From IMG/VR virus record IMGVR_UViG_3300031841_004047: a stretch of 64,000 nt of DNA; one strand, written 5' to 3'. The notes beneath the pieces were generated by a model. It worked only from the letters and a program-made list of their open reading frames with translations, was not told where the DNA came from and did not search any database. Positions 28,893 through 38,462 of the stretch are shown one piece after another (within the stretch, counting starts at the first letter, position 1; every line of letters starts with the position of its first letter). This stretch comes from a virus. Both the position numbers and the translations under genes were made by a program.

Positions 28893-31358
28893 ATGCCAAG
28901 TAAGGATTTTAAGGTCAAAAACGGCCTAGAGGTAGGACAAGATATTGTCGTACGAGGTGAATTAAAATCAGTTAAAGCTGATGGCAGTGTAATTACCATT
29001 GTAGATACGAATGGTGTAGTAGCTGCAGCTGGAGCCGGATTTGATTCCGCTGGTGTACTTGATATAGTACAAGCAAATTCAATAGACTCTGCTAGAGGCA
29101 TTCCTCTAATAAGAACATCTATAAGTTTAGGTTCCGCGGGAACTCAAGCATATGACAATTCTACCGGGGTTTTAACGATACCGGGAACAACAGATCATAT
29201 TACTGAGGGAACTAATCTATATTACACAGATGCAAGAGCTGACGCGAGAGCTCAACTTAAGATTGATGCATTAGTAGACGCAGCACCCGGAACACTTGAT
29301 ACCTTAAACGAACTTGCCGCAGCTCTTGGAGATGATGCTAACTTTAGTACAACGGTAACTAATAGTATTGCCACTAAACTACCTACTGTTACGGAAGTAA
29401 CTGTTACTGTAGCAAGCGGTACTAATGAGTATGGAACCGGTAATAAATATTATTTCAACGGTGCAGTTAGCCCAGTTCTTCATTTACAGCCGGGTAGAAC
29501 TTATAGGTTTGATCAATCGGATTCGAGTAACTCTGGTCATCCTTTAAGATTTTCTACAAATGCAGACAACAGTCCAAGTGCAACTTATTCAACAGGCGTT
29601 ACAGTTGCTGGAACACCGGGTAGCTCAGGTGCTTACACAGAAATAGCTGTTACTTTCGCAACTCCAAGATTACATTATTACTGTACAAATCATAGTGGTA
29701 TGGGTGGTTCTGGTCCAGATTATTCTGTAAATTTTGACGGTGCTTTCAGTTCATTAACCGGAACACCGACTACGATTTCTGGATATGGTATCACTGATGC
29801 GTTTGACGGTGCTTTCAGTTCATTAACCGGAACACCGACTACGATTTCTGGATATGGTATCACTGATGCTCAGGCCACATTGGTTTCAGGCACAAATATT
29901 AAAACCATTAATGGAAACACTCTCTTAGGGTCTGGTGATTTAGTTATTAGTGGAGGAGGTGGATCCGGTGCTGTAGATTCTGCTCAGACTATTTCACTTG
30001 CAAGAGGTTCAATTTCGGTTATTACTGGATCTGCTTCAAGCGGTGGATCCCTTTCTTATGATAACTCAACAGGCGTTCTAACGTTTAATCCTGCAGACCT
30101 AAGTTCAGGTGGAGGCGGGGGATCTTCAGCTTCAACAACTTTTAGAGAATTCTTATTCGTAGCTGATTCTGGTCAAACAACGTTTAGTGGAAATGACGAA
30201 AGAGGCAATACGCTTTTAATCAATGACAGCGCTCTTATCGTAACACTAAATGGTATTATGCTTTCCACACCACAGGACTATACTTTTAGTGCTTCTACAA
30301 ACAATATTACTCTTACTGCCGGAGCAGATTCAGCAGATGAACTTCTTGTTAATATCCTACCTCAAGGAGGCAGTGGTCTAGATTCAGCAGGTGTTATTCA
30401 ACTCATTGACTCAGCGTACATTGCTGCTAGGACAACGGCTGGAACTGATTCTGCCGCTATATTAAACTTAATTGACTCAGCATACATTGCTGCTAGAAGT
30501 GGGATTACATATGCTGAACCCAATATTATAGATTACGTATTCGTAGCTGATTCTGGTCAAACATCGTTTAGTGGAAATGATGTTAATAATAATGCTCTTA
30601 CTATTGATGATAGCAACTTCTCGGTCTTTATCAATGGTATTAGACTTCTAAAAACTGACTATACGTTTAATTCATCTTCTAATATTATTACACTTGATTC
30701 ATCAGCAGCTTTAGATGATGAAGTGGTTATTAATACTATCGTCGGAGATCGTATTACTACTACTATTGATGCAGATTACATCGCTGCAAGAATACCAGCT
30801 CAATTAGCTTTTGATGGAATGAGACACTTTGAGTATACTACTGATTCTGGTCAAACAGTATTTAGTGGAGCTGATAGTTATGGAAATCAGTTGTTCTTTA
30901 GTCACAATAATGCTCAAGTATTTTTAAACGGTATAGCGCTATCACCTTCTGATTACACACTTAACGATACCGCAAACACAATAACTCTTGATCAAGCAGC
31001 CCCAACGAATTCAGAGCTACGAGTTTCAGTGATGAATATTGGAAATGCTTCTGTTGAAAGATTTAAAGCTTGGACAGAGGTTAATACTTCACCGACTACT
31101 TTGGTCGCAAAAGAAAGAAGAATAGTTGATACTAGTGGAGGTCCTATACAATTAAACTTACCAGCCCTGGCAAACATTGGTGATGAAGTCAGAATTATTG
31201 ATGGAACGGGTAACGCTTCAACCAACAATATAACTATAAATAGAAACGGACATAATATTGAGGGTGCGGCTGATAATATTATAGTAGATGTGGATAGAGC
31301 AGGATTTGGTCTAGTATACTATAATTCTACTCAAGGATGGATTATAACCGAGAGATAA
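28893..31358 (+). CDS. Multi-module tail fibre protein
   Basis: Contains APGTLDTLNELAAALGDDANF, a cupredoxin-like domain (GHPL...YYCTNHSGMG), three ADSGQTxFSG..LNGI.L..DYT repeats and a C-terminal VDTSGGPIQLNLPA..GDEVRIID module. Confidence 0.8.
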   Translation: MPSKDFKVKNGLEVGQDIVVRGELKSVKADGSVITIVDTNGVVAAAGAGFDSAGVLDIVQANSIDSARGIPLIRTSISLGSAGTQAYDNSTGVLTIPGTTDHITEGTNLYYTDARADARAQLKIDALVDAAPGTLDTLNELAAALGDDANFSTTVTNSIATKLPTVTEVTVTVASGTNEYGTGNKYYFNGAVSPVLHLQPGRTYRFDQSDSSNSGHPLRFSTNADNSPSATYSTGVTVAGTPGSSGAYTEIAVTFATPRLHYYCTNHSGMGGSGPDYSVNFDGAFSSLTGTPTTISGYGITDAFDGAFSSLTGTPTTISGYGITDAQATLVSGTNIKTINGNTLLGSGDLVISGGGGSGAVDSAQTISLARGSISVITGSASSGGSLSYDNSTGVLTFNPADLSSGGGGGSSASTTFREFLFVADSGQTTFSGNDERGNTLLINDSALIVTLNGIMLSTPQDYTFSASTNNITLTAGADSADELLVNILPQGGSGLDSAGVIQLIDSAYIAARTTAGTDSAAILNLIDSAYIAARSGITYAEPNIIDYVFVADSGQTSFSGNDVNNNALTIDDSNFSVFINGIRLLKTDYTFNSSSNIITLDSSAALDDEVVINTIVGDRITTTIDADYIAARIPAQLAFDGMRHFEYTTDSGQTVFSGADSYGNQLFFSHNNAQVFLNGIALSPSDYTLNDTANTITLDQAAPTNSELRVSVMNIGNASVERFKAWTEVNTSPTTLVAKERRIVDTSGGPIQLNLPALANIGDEVRIIDGTGNASTNNITINRNGHNIEGAADNIIVDVDRAGFGLVYYNSTQGWIITER
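29733..29869 (+). repeat. Exact 68-bp direct repeat with a 69-bp period encoding FDGAFSSLTGTPTTISGYGITDA
   Basis: Copies at 29733-29800 and 29802-29869. Confidence 0.92.
31235..31242 (+). promoter_or_regulatory. Possible late promoter inside the fibre gene, serving the downstream genes
   Basis: Exact TATAAATA, but within a CDS and about 170 nt before 31416. Confidence 0.35.
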
Positions 31359-31415
31359 ATAAAATAACTTTGAACTGTTTGTCATGAAAGTCATAAAAAA
31401 TGGAGAGGAACTATT

Positions 31416-31766
31416 ATGGCAGCAGCAAAAACACTCACGGCCGATTCTAAGTACGCAGCACTTGATGTGGACGGAGACGGCATTATAACGGATGAAGAAA
31501 TGGCGAGAGCAAAAGAAATTGCGGAATTTGAACATACTATTGAAATGAGAAGAAACGAAGACGCAAAGGAAGACCAGATTCGTAAGATGGCTTGGTTTGC
31601 GCTTTGGGGAATGCTTCTTTATCCAGTAGGTATTATTGTAACAGGATACTTTGCACTAGAGACAGCAGCTGGACTACTGAGTGATATTGCTCCTACATAC
31701 TTTGTAGCAATTTCTGCGTTGGTAGCAGCATTCTTTGGTGCACAGGCTTATACAAAAGGAAAGTAA
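31416..31766 (+). CDS. Small membrane protein with an EF-hand-like loop; holin-like topology possible
   Basis: DVDGDGIITDEE loop followed by two hydrophobic segments and a basic C-terminus. Confidence 0.7.
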   Translation: MAAAKTLTADSKYAALDVDGDGIITDEEMARAKEIAEFEHTIEMRRNEDAKEDQIRKMAWFALWGMLLYPVGIIVTGYFALETAAGLLSDIAPTYFVAISALVAAFFGAQAYTKGK

Positions 31767-31769
31767 GAA

Positions 31770-34310
31770 ATGGGTAAGGCAAGACTTTTCAGTCAGTTGA
31801 TTGCAGGAGACGGCACAATCAAAGCTACTAAATTAGGAGCTGATGTTCCAATTACAGAAAATGTGGCGACTGCTGATAACTTGCCTCCATCCGCATCTAT
31901 AGGTGAACAAGCATTTGTTGAAGATACAAACCGACTTTATATATGGAACGGGTCAGGCTGGTATAATATCGCCTTAATTAATACTAGTCCTACATGGGAT
32001 TCCGGTGGTCAGCCTTCTGGTTCTTATGTGCTGGATGCAGATAGCCCACAAGATGCTACCATTATTACACTTGCCGCAAGCGATCCTGAAGGCTTACCAA
32101 TTCAGTATTCATACGTCACGTCTGGATCAATGGACTCGATGGCAACTATTAGTCAAGACTCCAGTGTATTTACAATTACTCCTAAAACTATTAACGAAGT
32201 AGGAGGAGAAGCAGTTGAACTAACTGGATCAATTACTTTCAGAGCATCAGACGGTGTCAATATTTTACCTCAGGTATCAAGCTTTACTCTTAGTTTTGTT
32301 ACTATTATAGAAAACAGTAGGTACACAACATTACTGGCAACAGCAGTTGATACATCAGACAACAATAATATAACAGATGCATCATCTAGTAATCATGCGA
32401 TCACAGCAGCTGGTGATGCTCATGCCGGCACGTTTAGTCCGTATCGTCATGGCGGGTATTCAACATATTTTCCTGATTCTGGTTGGGGGCCGTATACAGA
32501 TAATGTTATAGCACCAAGTTCTGATTTTGCATTTGGAACTGGAGCCTTTACTGTAAGTTTTTGGTATAAATTTGAACATTCATTTAGTTCCGAGATTTTT
32601 GATACACGTCAAACTAGTGTTAATATGAATGGATTTAGGATATGGATTGGCCCAGCCGGAGGCGCGACAGTTTATTACGCAACAAGTACGGTTTTAACTG
32701 CAACAACAACTGCAGCAGTAGGAGTGTGGGGCCACATATGTGTAACTAGAGATGGTTCTGGAAATTTAAAAATTTTTCTTAATGGTACTCAAGCCGCCTC
32801 TATAACCGATAATAATAACTATACAGCTCAGGGTCTTAATATTGGAAATAGTAATGGCGGAACAAACGATTTTAGAGGATGGATGAAAGATATTCATGTT
32901 GTAAAAGGCTATTCTTATGAACCAGATACAACTTCAATTTATTCACCAGCACAAGTGGGTGTTGGTACAGTATTTTTAGGTTGTACAACGGCGTCAATGC
33001 GAGATGTAAGTACAGCAGCAAGGACAATAAGCAGTTCAACAGGGTTTACATATACCACTGAGGTTCCTAACAACAACATAGAATACTCAGCGGCAGTTCA
33101 TGGCGGGTCTATATATTTTGATGGGACTGATGATGCTTTAGAAATTTCTGATAATGCTGATTTTGATTTATCGGGCGGTTCTTGGACTATTGAATGCTGG
33201 TGGTATCCACTAGTTGTTAACACATATGATGGTATTTTTAATCAATGGAATGGGGCAACCGTTGCTTCTGGTAGAAACATCAATGTCACATGGGAATCAA
33301 ATAGACTTTATCTTTTTGGTTATGATGGAGGAACTTTTATTTCTTCTATTTATCATGATGTAACTGCAGCTCAATTACAAAATAGATGGAACCACGTTGC
33401 CGCTGTTTTCGATGGTACAAAAACTGAATTATATTTAAACGGTGAAGCTAGTGGAAGACCCTATGTTTCATCTAATAATTTATCTAAAGATGTTGCATCA
33501 GAACCTTTTAGAGTTGCAAAGCATCATAGGCTAACATCGTACTATTACAATAATTCCTACGTTTCTGATCTTAGATTGGTTAAAGGAACCGCTGTTTATA
33601 CTGGTAATTTCACTCCACCAACAGGTCCACTTACAACTACTGGTGGGACGTACCCAAGTACAACTAATGTGAATACCAGCATTACGGCAGGACATACAAA
33701 GTTACACATCAAGGGAACAGCCGCATCTATTATTGATAAGTCACAAGGGAGTAATCTAAAACTTGTTGGAAACACCACTGGTTCAACCGCTCAGGCTAAG
33801 TTTGCTAATACTAAGTCAATGTATTTTGATGGCACGGGCGATTATGTTACTATCCCAAACTTTGAAGATATTGGTTCTGGCAATTTCACTATTGAGATGT
33901 TTATTTACCAAACGGCAAGTGGATTTTACTCTAATTTATTTTCGACCGTGGCTAACACTGCAACATCAAATGGCTTGCGAATATCAACGGGTAACAATAA
34001 CAACACTCTGCAAGTTGCATCAGCAGGTAGTGCGCTAATAAATGCAAGTTCTGCGTTTAATAATAGTACATGGAACCATATTGCTTTGGTGCGATCAGGA
34101 ACCACACTTACTCTTTATTTAAATGGTTCTTCTGTTGGGTCTGCAACAAACTCACAAAGCTTTGTTAGTGACACATTTTATATTGGAGATGTCACTGGCA
34201 CAGGCTCTCCTTATCCTTTCACGGGATACATCCAAGACTTGCGCCTCACCAAAGGACTCGCAAGATACACCGCAAACTTTACACCGCCAACAGCACTACT
34301 TAAAGGATAA
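31770..34310 (+). CDS. Triple-LamG (concanavalin A-like) virion protein, paralog 1
   Basis: Three FT(V/I)xxW...W.H(I/V)A..R.G...YLNG...D.R..KG units plus the shared N-terminal anchor. Confidence 0.85.
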   Translation: MGKARLFSQLIAGDGTIKATKLGADVPITENVATADNLPPSASIGEQAFVEDTNRLYIWNGSGWYNIALINTSPTWDSGGQPSGSYVLDADSPQDATIITLAASDPEGLPIQYSYVTSGSMDSMATISQDSSVFTITPKTINEVGGEAVELTGSITFRASDGVNILPQVSSFTLSFVTIIENSRYTTLLATAVDTSDNNNITDASSSNHAITAAGDAHAGTFSPYRHGGYSTYFPDSGWGPYTDNVIAPSSDFAFGTGAFTVSFWYKFEHSFSSEIFDTRQTSVNMNGFRIWIGPAGGATVYYATSTVLTATTTAAVGVWGHICVTRDGSGNLKIFLNGTQAASITDNNNYTAQGLNIGNSNGGTNDFRGWMKDIHVVKGYSYEPDTTSIYSPAQVGVGTVFLGCTTASMRDVSTAARTISSSTGFTYTTEVPNNNIEYSAAVHGGSIYFDGTDDALEISDNADFDLSGGSWTIECWWYPLVVNTYDGIFNQWNGATVASGRNINVTWESNRLYLFGYDGGTFISSIYHDVTAAQLQNRWNHVAAVFDGTKTELYLNGEASGRPYVSSNNLSKDVASEPFRVAKHHRLTSYYYNNSYVSDLRLVKGTAVYTGNFTPPTGPLTTTGGTYPSTTNVNTSITAGHTKLHIKGTAASIIDKSQGSNLKLVGNTTGSTAQAKFANTKSMYFDGTGDYVTIPNFEDIGSGNFTIEMFIYQTASGFYSNLFSTVANTATSNGLRISTGNNNNTLQVASAGSALINASSAFNNSTWNHIALVRSGTTLTLYLNGSSVGSATNSQSFVSDTFYIGDVTGTGSPYPFTGYIQDLRLTKGLARYTANFTPPTALLKG

Positions 34311-34317
34311 CAAAGAT

Positions 34318-35610
34318 ATGCCATCTAATGCAAGAAACTTAGCTAATTTACTTGGAGCAGGTCAAACAACACTTTCTGCAGACAAGTTAGGTGCTGATGT
34401 TCCTGCCGGTACTGAAGATTATTCTGCAGTAGACTCTCTTGGTACAGGAACTACGATTGGTGAAACAGCCTTTGTTTCTGGAACAAATAGACTTTACATC
34501 TGGACTGGTAGTGGTTGGTACAATATAGCACTTATTAACACTACTCCTACATGGGATTCAGGAGGACAACCAAGTTCTAGTTATATTTTAGATGCAGATA
34601 GCGGTAATCCTACTATTATAACTCTTGCTGCTTCAGACCCAGAAGGTATACCAATTAATTATTCATATGTTACAAGTGGACAAATGGACTCAATGGCCAC
34701 TATTACACAAGACTCTAGTGTTTTTACTATTACACCAGTTGCAGAAGATTCTCAAACTACGGGAAATTATTATTCTGGTAATATCACTTTTAGAGCAAGT
34801 GATGGTGTTAATATCTTGCCTCAAATATCAGAATTTAGTTTATCATTTAGTTATCCAGGTGGGGTTTTATTTACAACCACTGGAACACACTCTTGGACAG
34901 CTCCAGCAGGTGTTAATTCAGTTCATGTTGTTGCCGTAGGAGCTGGTGCTGGTGCTTATGATGCTGGCGGCGGAGGCGGCGGTCTCGGTTGGAAAAATAA
35001 TATTCCAGTTGTTCCTGGTCAATCATATACTGTTCGTGTTGGACCAGGAAACAAATCCATAAGTAATTCTCATAGTTATTTTATAGATGTTAATACTGTT
35101 GCAGGTCTTGGTGGTAATGGTGCTACAGGCGGATCTTATGTAGGTGATGGCGGCGGTAATGGAGGAAATGGTGCAGGTTCCGGTACATATGCTAATGCTG
35201 GAGGAGGAGGTGCAGGTGGTTATGCAGGAAATGGTGGTAATGCTCTAGGTGGAACGGAACCTACACCTGGCGGAGGAGGTGCAGGCGGTGGTGCTAACAA
35301 TCCTAATGGTCATGCTGCAGGCGGCGCTGGTGTTGGTATGTATGGTCTTGGAGCAACAGGCACTAATCATATTCCTAATACTTATACAGCTGCAACTGGA
35401 GGGTCTGGAGGAAATAATAGTACGAGCAGTGGCGTTACTTATACTTCGGGTGCATTATATGGTGGGGGTGGTAGTGGAGGAGGCTCGGGAGCTGGAGGCG
35501 GTTCATCGGCTCAAGGTGCGGTTAGAATTATCTGGGGCGCAAACAGAGCATTTCCTTCCACTAATGTAGATTTATTATCGTCTGGAGACCAAGGCGAATC
35601 AACTGTTTAG
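34318..35610 (+). CDS. Virion protein with the LamG-family anchor fused to a glycine-rich tip
   Basis: The ATG at 34318 (MPSNARNL) is preferred over the ORF-track start at 34123. The anchor NRLYIWTGSGWYNIALINTTPTWDSGG is followed by FTTTGTHSWTAPAGV..VVAVGAG and polyglycine. Confidence 0.8.
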   Translation: MPSNARNLANLLGAGQTTLSADKLGADVPAGTEDYSAVDSLGTGTTIGETAFVSGTNRLYIWTGSGWYNIALINTTPTWDSGGQPSSSYILDADSGNPTIITLAASDPEGIPINYSYVTSGQMDSMATITQDSSVFTITPVAEDSQTTGNYYSGNITFRASDGVNILPQISEFSLSFSYPGGVLFTTTGTHSWTAPAGVNSVHVVAVGAGAGAYDAGGGGGGLGWKNNIPVVPGQSYTVRVGPGNKSISNSHSYFIDVNTVAGLGGNGATGGSYVGDGGGNGGNGAGSGTYANAGGGGAGGYAGNGGNALGGTEPTPGGGGAGGGANNPNGHAAGGAGVGMYGLGATGTNHIPNTYTAATGGSGGNNSTSSGVTYTSGALYGGGGSGGGSGAGGGSSAQGAVRIIWGANRAFPSTNVDLLSSGDQGESTV

Positions 35611-35625
35611 AAGTGGAAATAATTA

Positions 35626-38124
35626 ATGCCATCTCCAGCAAGAAACTTAGCAAATTTTTTAGGAACCGGTAATACTACAGTTTCGGCAAGTAAATTATCA
35701 GCTGATGTTCCTAGAGGCACAGAAAATTATTCTGATATAAATTCTCTCGGAGTTGGTACAAATATAGGCCAAAAAGCATTTATACAAGAAACTAATAGAC
35801 TTTATATCTGGAACGGATCTGGCTGGTATAATATTGCAGTAATTAATGAAACACCAACATGGGATTCCGGTGGCGAACCATTAAGTTCATATACATTAGA
35901 TCCTGATAGCCCACAGAGTTCTACTATTATAACTCTTGCTGCATCTGACCCAGAAGGTTTTCCTATATCATATTCATATGTAACCGGCGGATCTTTTGAT
36001 TCAATCGCCACAGTTTCTCAAGATTCTACTGTATTTACAATTACTCCTAAAACAGTTTCAGAAGTTGGAGAAGGTGTTGAATTAACTGGATCTATAACTT
36101 TTAATGTCACTGATAACATAAGTATTTTATCAAAGCTATCATCGTTTACACTTAGCTTTATTAGTATCATAGAAAATAGTAGATATACTACATTACTTTT
36201 AGACGTTGTAGACACTTCTGATAACAATGATATAACTGATTCTTCTTCAAATAATGTATCTATAACCTCTTATGGTAATGCTACTGCCGGTACGTTTAGT
36301 CCTTATCATGGTGTAGGTTATAGTGGTTTTTTTAATGGAGGTCAGGAATTAAGATACCAACCCTATACAGCAGGGGATTATAATCTTGGTACTAGTAATT
36401 TTACAATGGAGGCTTGGGCATACACAACAGCTAATTCAGCGACTCAGGTTCTCTTTTCACAGAGACGTGTTAGTAATGGGGGACCACAAATCCGCGTAAC
36501 ATCAAGTGGTACTGTTCAATATTTTTATTTTAATGGAAACAACGCACAAAATTCGACTGCTATATTTCCTGTTAGACAGTGGAACCATGTGGCTCTGGTT
36601 CGCTCTGGAACTGGCGCAGATCAGACTAAAGTATATTTAAATGGTGTAGAAATATTATCTTTCCAAGAGGCGGCCAATTTTAGCAATACTGCTGCTGACT
36701 TAACGATAGGTAATTTTTCGCTGTATAGTGAGCCTTGGTATGGTTATATTGCTGATGTTAGAATTGTAAAAGATGCAGTATATACATCTGACTTTTCTAA
36801 TTCACTGCCAACAGAAACTTTAACAGCTATTAATAATACTATATTTTTAACTACATTTAATAGTAACTCTAGTAACTATTATTTTGATGATATTACGGGT
36901 AATGGAAGAGTAACTTCTAACTTAGGTAGTACCTCAGTGGTTCCAGTTACTCGCTTTGACAGCTTGGAATACAGGGCAGCTGATAACGGCGGGTCTATAT
37001 ATTTTGATGGGTCTGGAGATTATCTAAGAGCTGATGCTGCATTAAGTTCATTTACTTCAAGCACTAGCACTTATACAATTGAAGCTTATATATATCCGAC
37101 CGCTGCATATAATTCTTCAAATGATTACTTTTTTGGAATCAACAGATCAAGTGATGGTTATAACAATCTTTTATTTAGTAGAGGTGGAATATATTCCAAT
37201 AACACTGCAGTATCCTTAAGTTCAACAATAGGGCAAAATATCTGGAGTCATGTTGCATTAACTAACGATGGAACTACATTAAGAGCGTTTGTAAATGGTA
37301 GTATAGTAGCCAGCACAACAACTCTACCACAAGCTTTATCAACCTGTGTGCTTGGTTTTGGAGCAGAGTTTGATACAGCTAATGGTGGAACACCAGGGAA
37401 TTATTATACTGGATATATGTCAGATATAAGAATTTCTAATACAGCTCTTTATACAAGCGCATTTTCCCCATCATTTTCTCCTTTTACTACACCTTCAGGA
37501 ACGGTCTTACACATCAAAGGTACTGATGCATCCCTTATTGATAAGTCCCAAAATGATAATTTAAGGCTTTTTGGAAATACTACTGGTTCAACCGCTCAGG
37601 CTAAGTTTGCTAATACTAAGTCAATGTATTTTGATGGAACTGGAGATTATGTAGTAATACAAAATAGTAGTGTTGCAGATTTTAAAACTGGTGATTTTAC
37701 TATTGAAACGTGGGTTTATTGTGAAGATACTAATACAAATCAAATAATTGAAACAAGACCAAGCAATACAAACGGAGCATATGTTACTATTGCTGTCCAA
37801 GCTGGGTCAGGAGTTTATTTTTATACCAACACTACACACCTATTTACAGGTACTAATGGGCGAGTAGGAACTATCAATACTGGTCAATGGCATCATGTTG
37901 CTTGGGTTCGTTACAATGGAACAATTACTGCATACATTGATGGAGTAAGTGTAGGCTCTGCATCAAACAGTACAAACTTTATCCGAAATCGTGTTACAAT
38001 TGGCTGGAATGCTTACGTTGGAGAAAACACTGGTTCAGTTTATATACAAGATTTGAGAATCACCAAAGATCTAGCAAGATATACCGCAAACTTTACACCA
38101 CCAACCGAACCGTTTAAAGGTTAA
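35626..38124 (+). CDS. Triple-LamG virion protein, paralog 2
   Basis: Same architecture as 31770. Confidence 0.85.
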   Translation: MPSPARNLANFLGTGNTTVSASKLSADVPRGTENYSDINSLGVGTNIGQKAFIQETNRLYIWNGSGWYNIAVINETPTWDSGGEPLSSYTLDPDSPQSSTIITLAASDPEGFPISYSYVTGGSFDSIATVSQDSTVFTITPKTVSEVGEGVELTGSITFNVTDNISILSKLSSFTLSFISIIENSRYTTLLLDVVDTSDNNDITDSSSNNVSITSYGNATAGTFSPYHGVGYSGFFNGGQELRYQPYTAGDYNLGTSNFTMEAWAYTTANSATQVLFSQRRVSNGGPQIRVTSSGTVQYFYFNGNNAQNSTAIFPVRQWNHVALVRSGTGADQTKVYLNGVEILSFQEAANFSNTAADLTIGNFSLYSEPWYGYIADVRIVKDAVYTSDFSNSLPTETLTAINNTIFLTTFNSNSSNYYFDDITGNGRVTSNLGSTSVVPVTRFDSLEYRAADNGGSIYFDGSGDYLRADAALSSFTSSTSTYTIEAYIYPTAAYNSSNDYFFGINRSSDGYNNLLFSRGGIYSNNTAVSLSSTIGQNIWSHVALTNDGTTLRAFVNGSIVASTTTLPQALSTCVLGFGAEFDTANGGTPGNYYTGYMSDIRISNTALYTSAFSPSFSPFTTPSGTVLHIKGTDASLIDKSQNDNLRLFGNTTGSTAQAKFANTKSMYFDGTGDYVVIQNSSVADFKTGDFTIETWVYCEDTNTNQIIETRPSNTNGAYVTIAVQAGSGVYFYTNTTHLFTGTNGRVGTINTGQWHHVAWVRYNGTITAYIDGVSVGSASNSTNFIRNRVTIGWNAYVGENTGSVYIQDLRITKDLARYTANFTPPTEPFKG

Positions 38125-38129
38125 AATCT

Positions 38130-38137
38130 TATAAATA
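38130..38137 (+). promoter_or_regulatory. T4-type late promoter
   Basis: Intergenic TATAAATA. Confidence 0.8.
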
Positions 38138-38161
38138 TAACTAATAAATTTACTAAATTAA

Positions 38162-38452
38162 ATGGGAAAACTGATGGCCGATAATCTTGAGGGACGTCTC
38201 GACAGAATAGAGGATAAGATGGACAAAATGGCTGAAGCTCTTGTCACACTTGCTCGTTTTGAAGAGAAGATGGATGCTTATAATGAGTATCGTCAAAATT
38301 CGTGGGAACGAATGAATAAGTTTTCAGAAAAATTAGATAGAATCGAAAAGACAGTTGAAGAGAATGCTCACACTGTTGCTATAATTAATAAACTTTTTTG
38401 GGTCGCGATTGTGGCGGCTGCTGGCGCAATAGCCACACAGATCTGGATGTAA
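38162..38452 (+). CDS. Coiled-coil protein with a C-terminal transmembrane helix; start may be 38174
   Basis: RLDRIEDKMDKM heptads, then LFWVAIVAAAGAIA. Confidence 0.7.
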   Translation: MGKLMADNLEGRLDRIEDKMDKMAEALVTLARFEEKMDAYNEYRQNSWERMNKFSEKLDRIEKTVEENAHTVAIINKLFWVAIVAAAGAIATQIWM

Positions 38453-38462
38453 GGAGAAAAAT

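Noticed and set aside
27459-29869. CRISPR array suggested by the direct repeats
   Set aside because: The repeats are in-frame coding duplications with only two copies and no unique spacer series. No cas genes are present.
34123-34317. N-terminal extension of the 34123 ORF
   Set aside because: It overlaps the 31770 gene. The family N-terminus MPSNARNL starts at ATG 34318.
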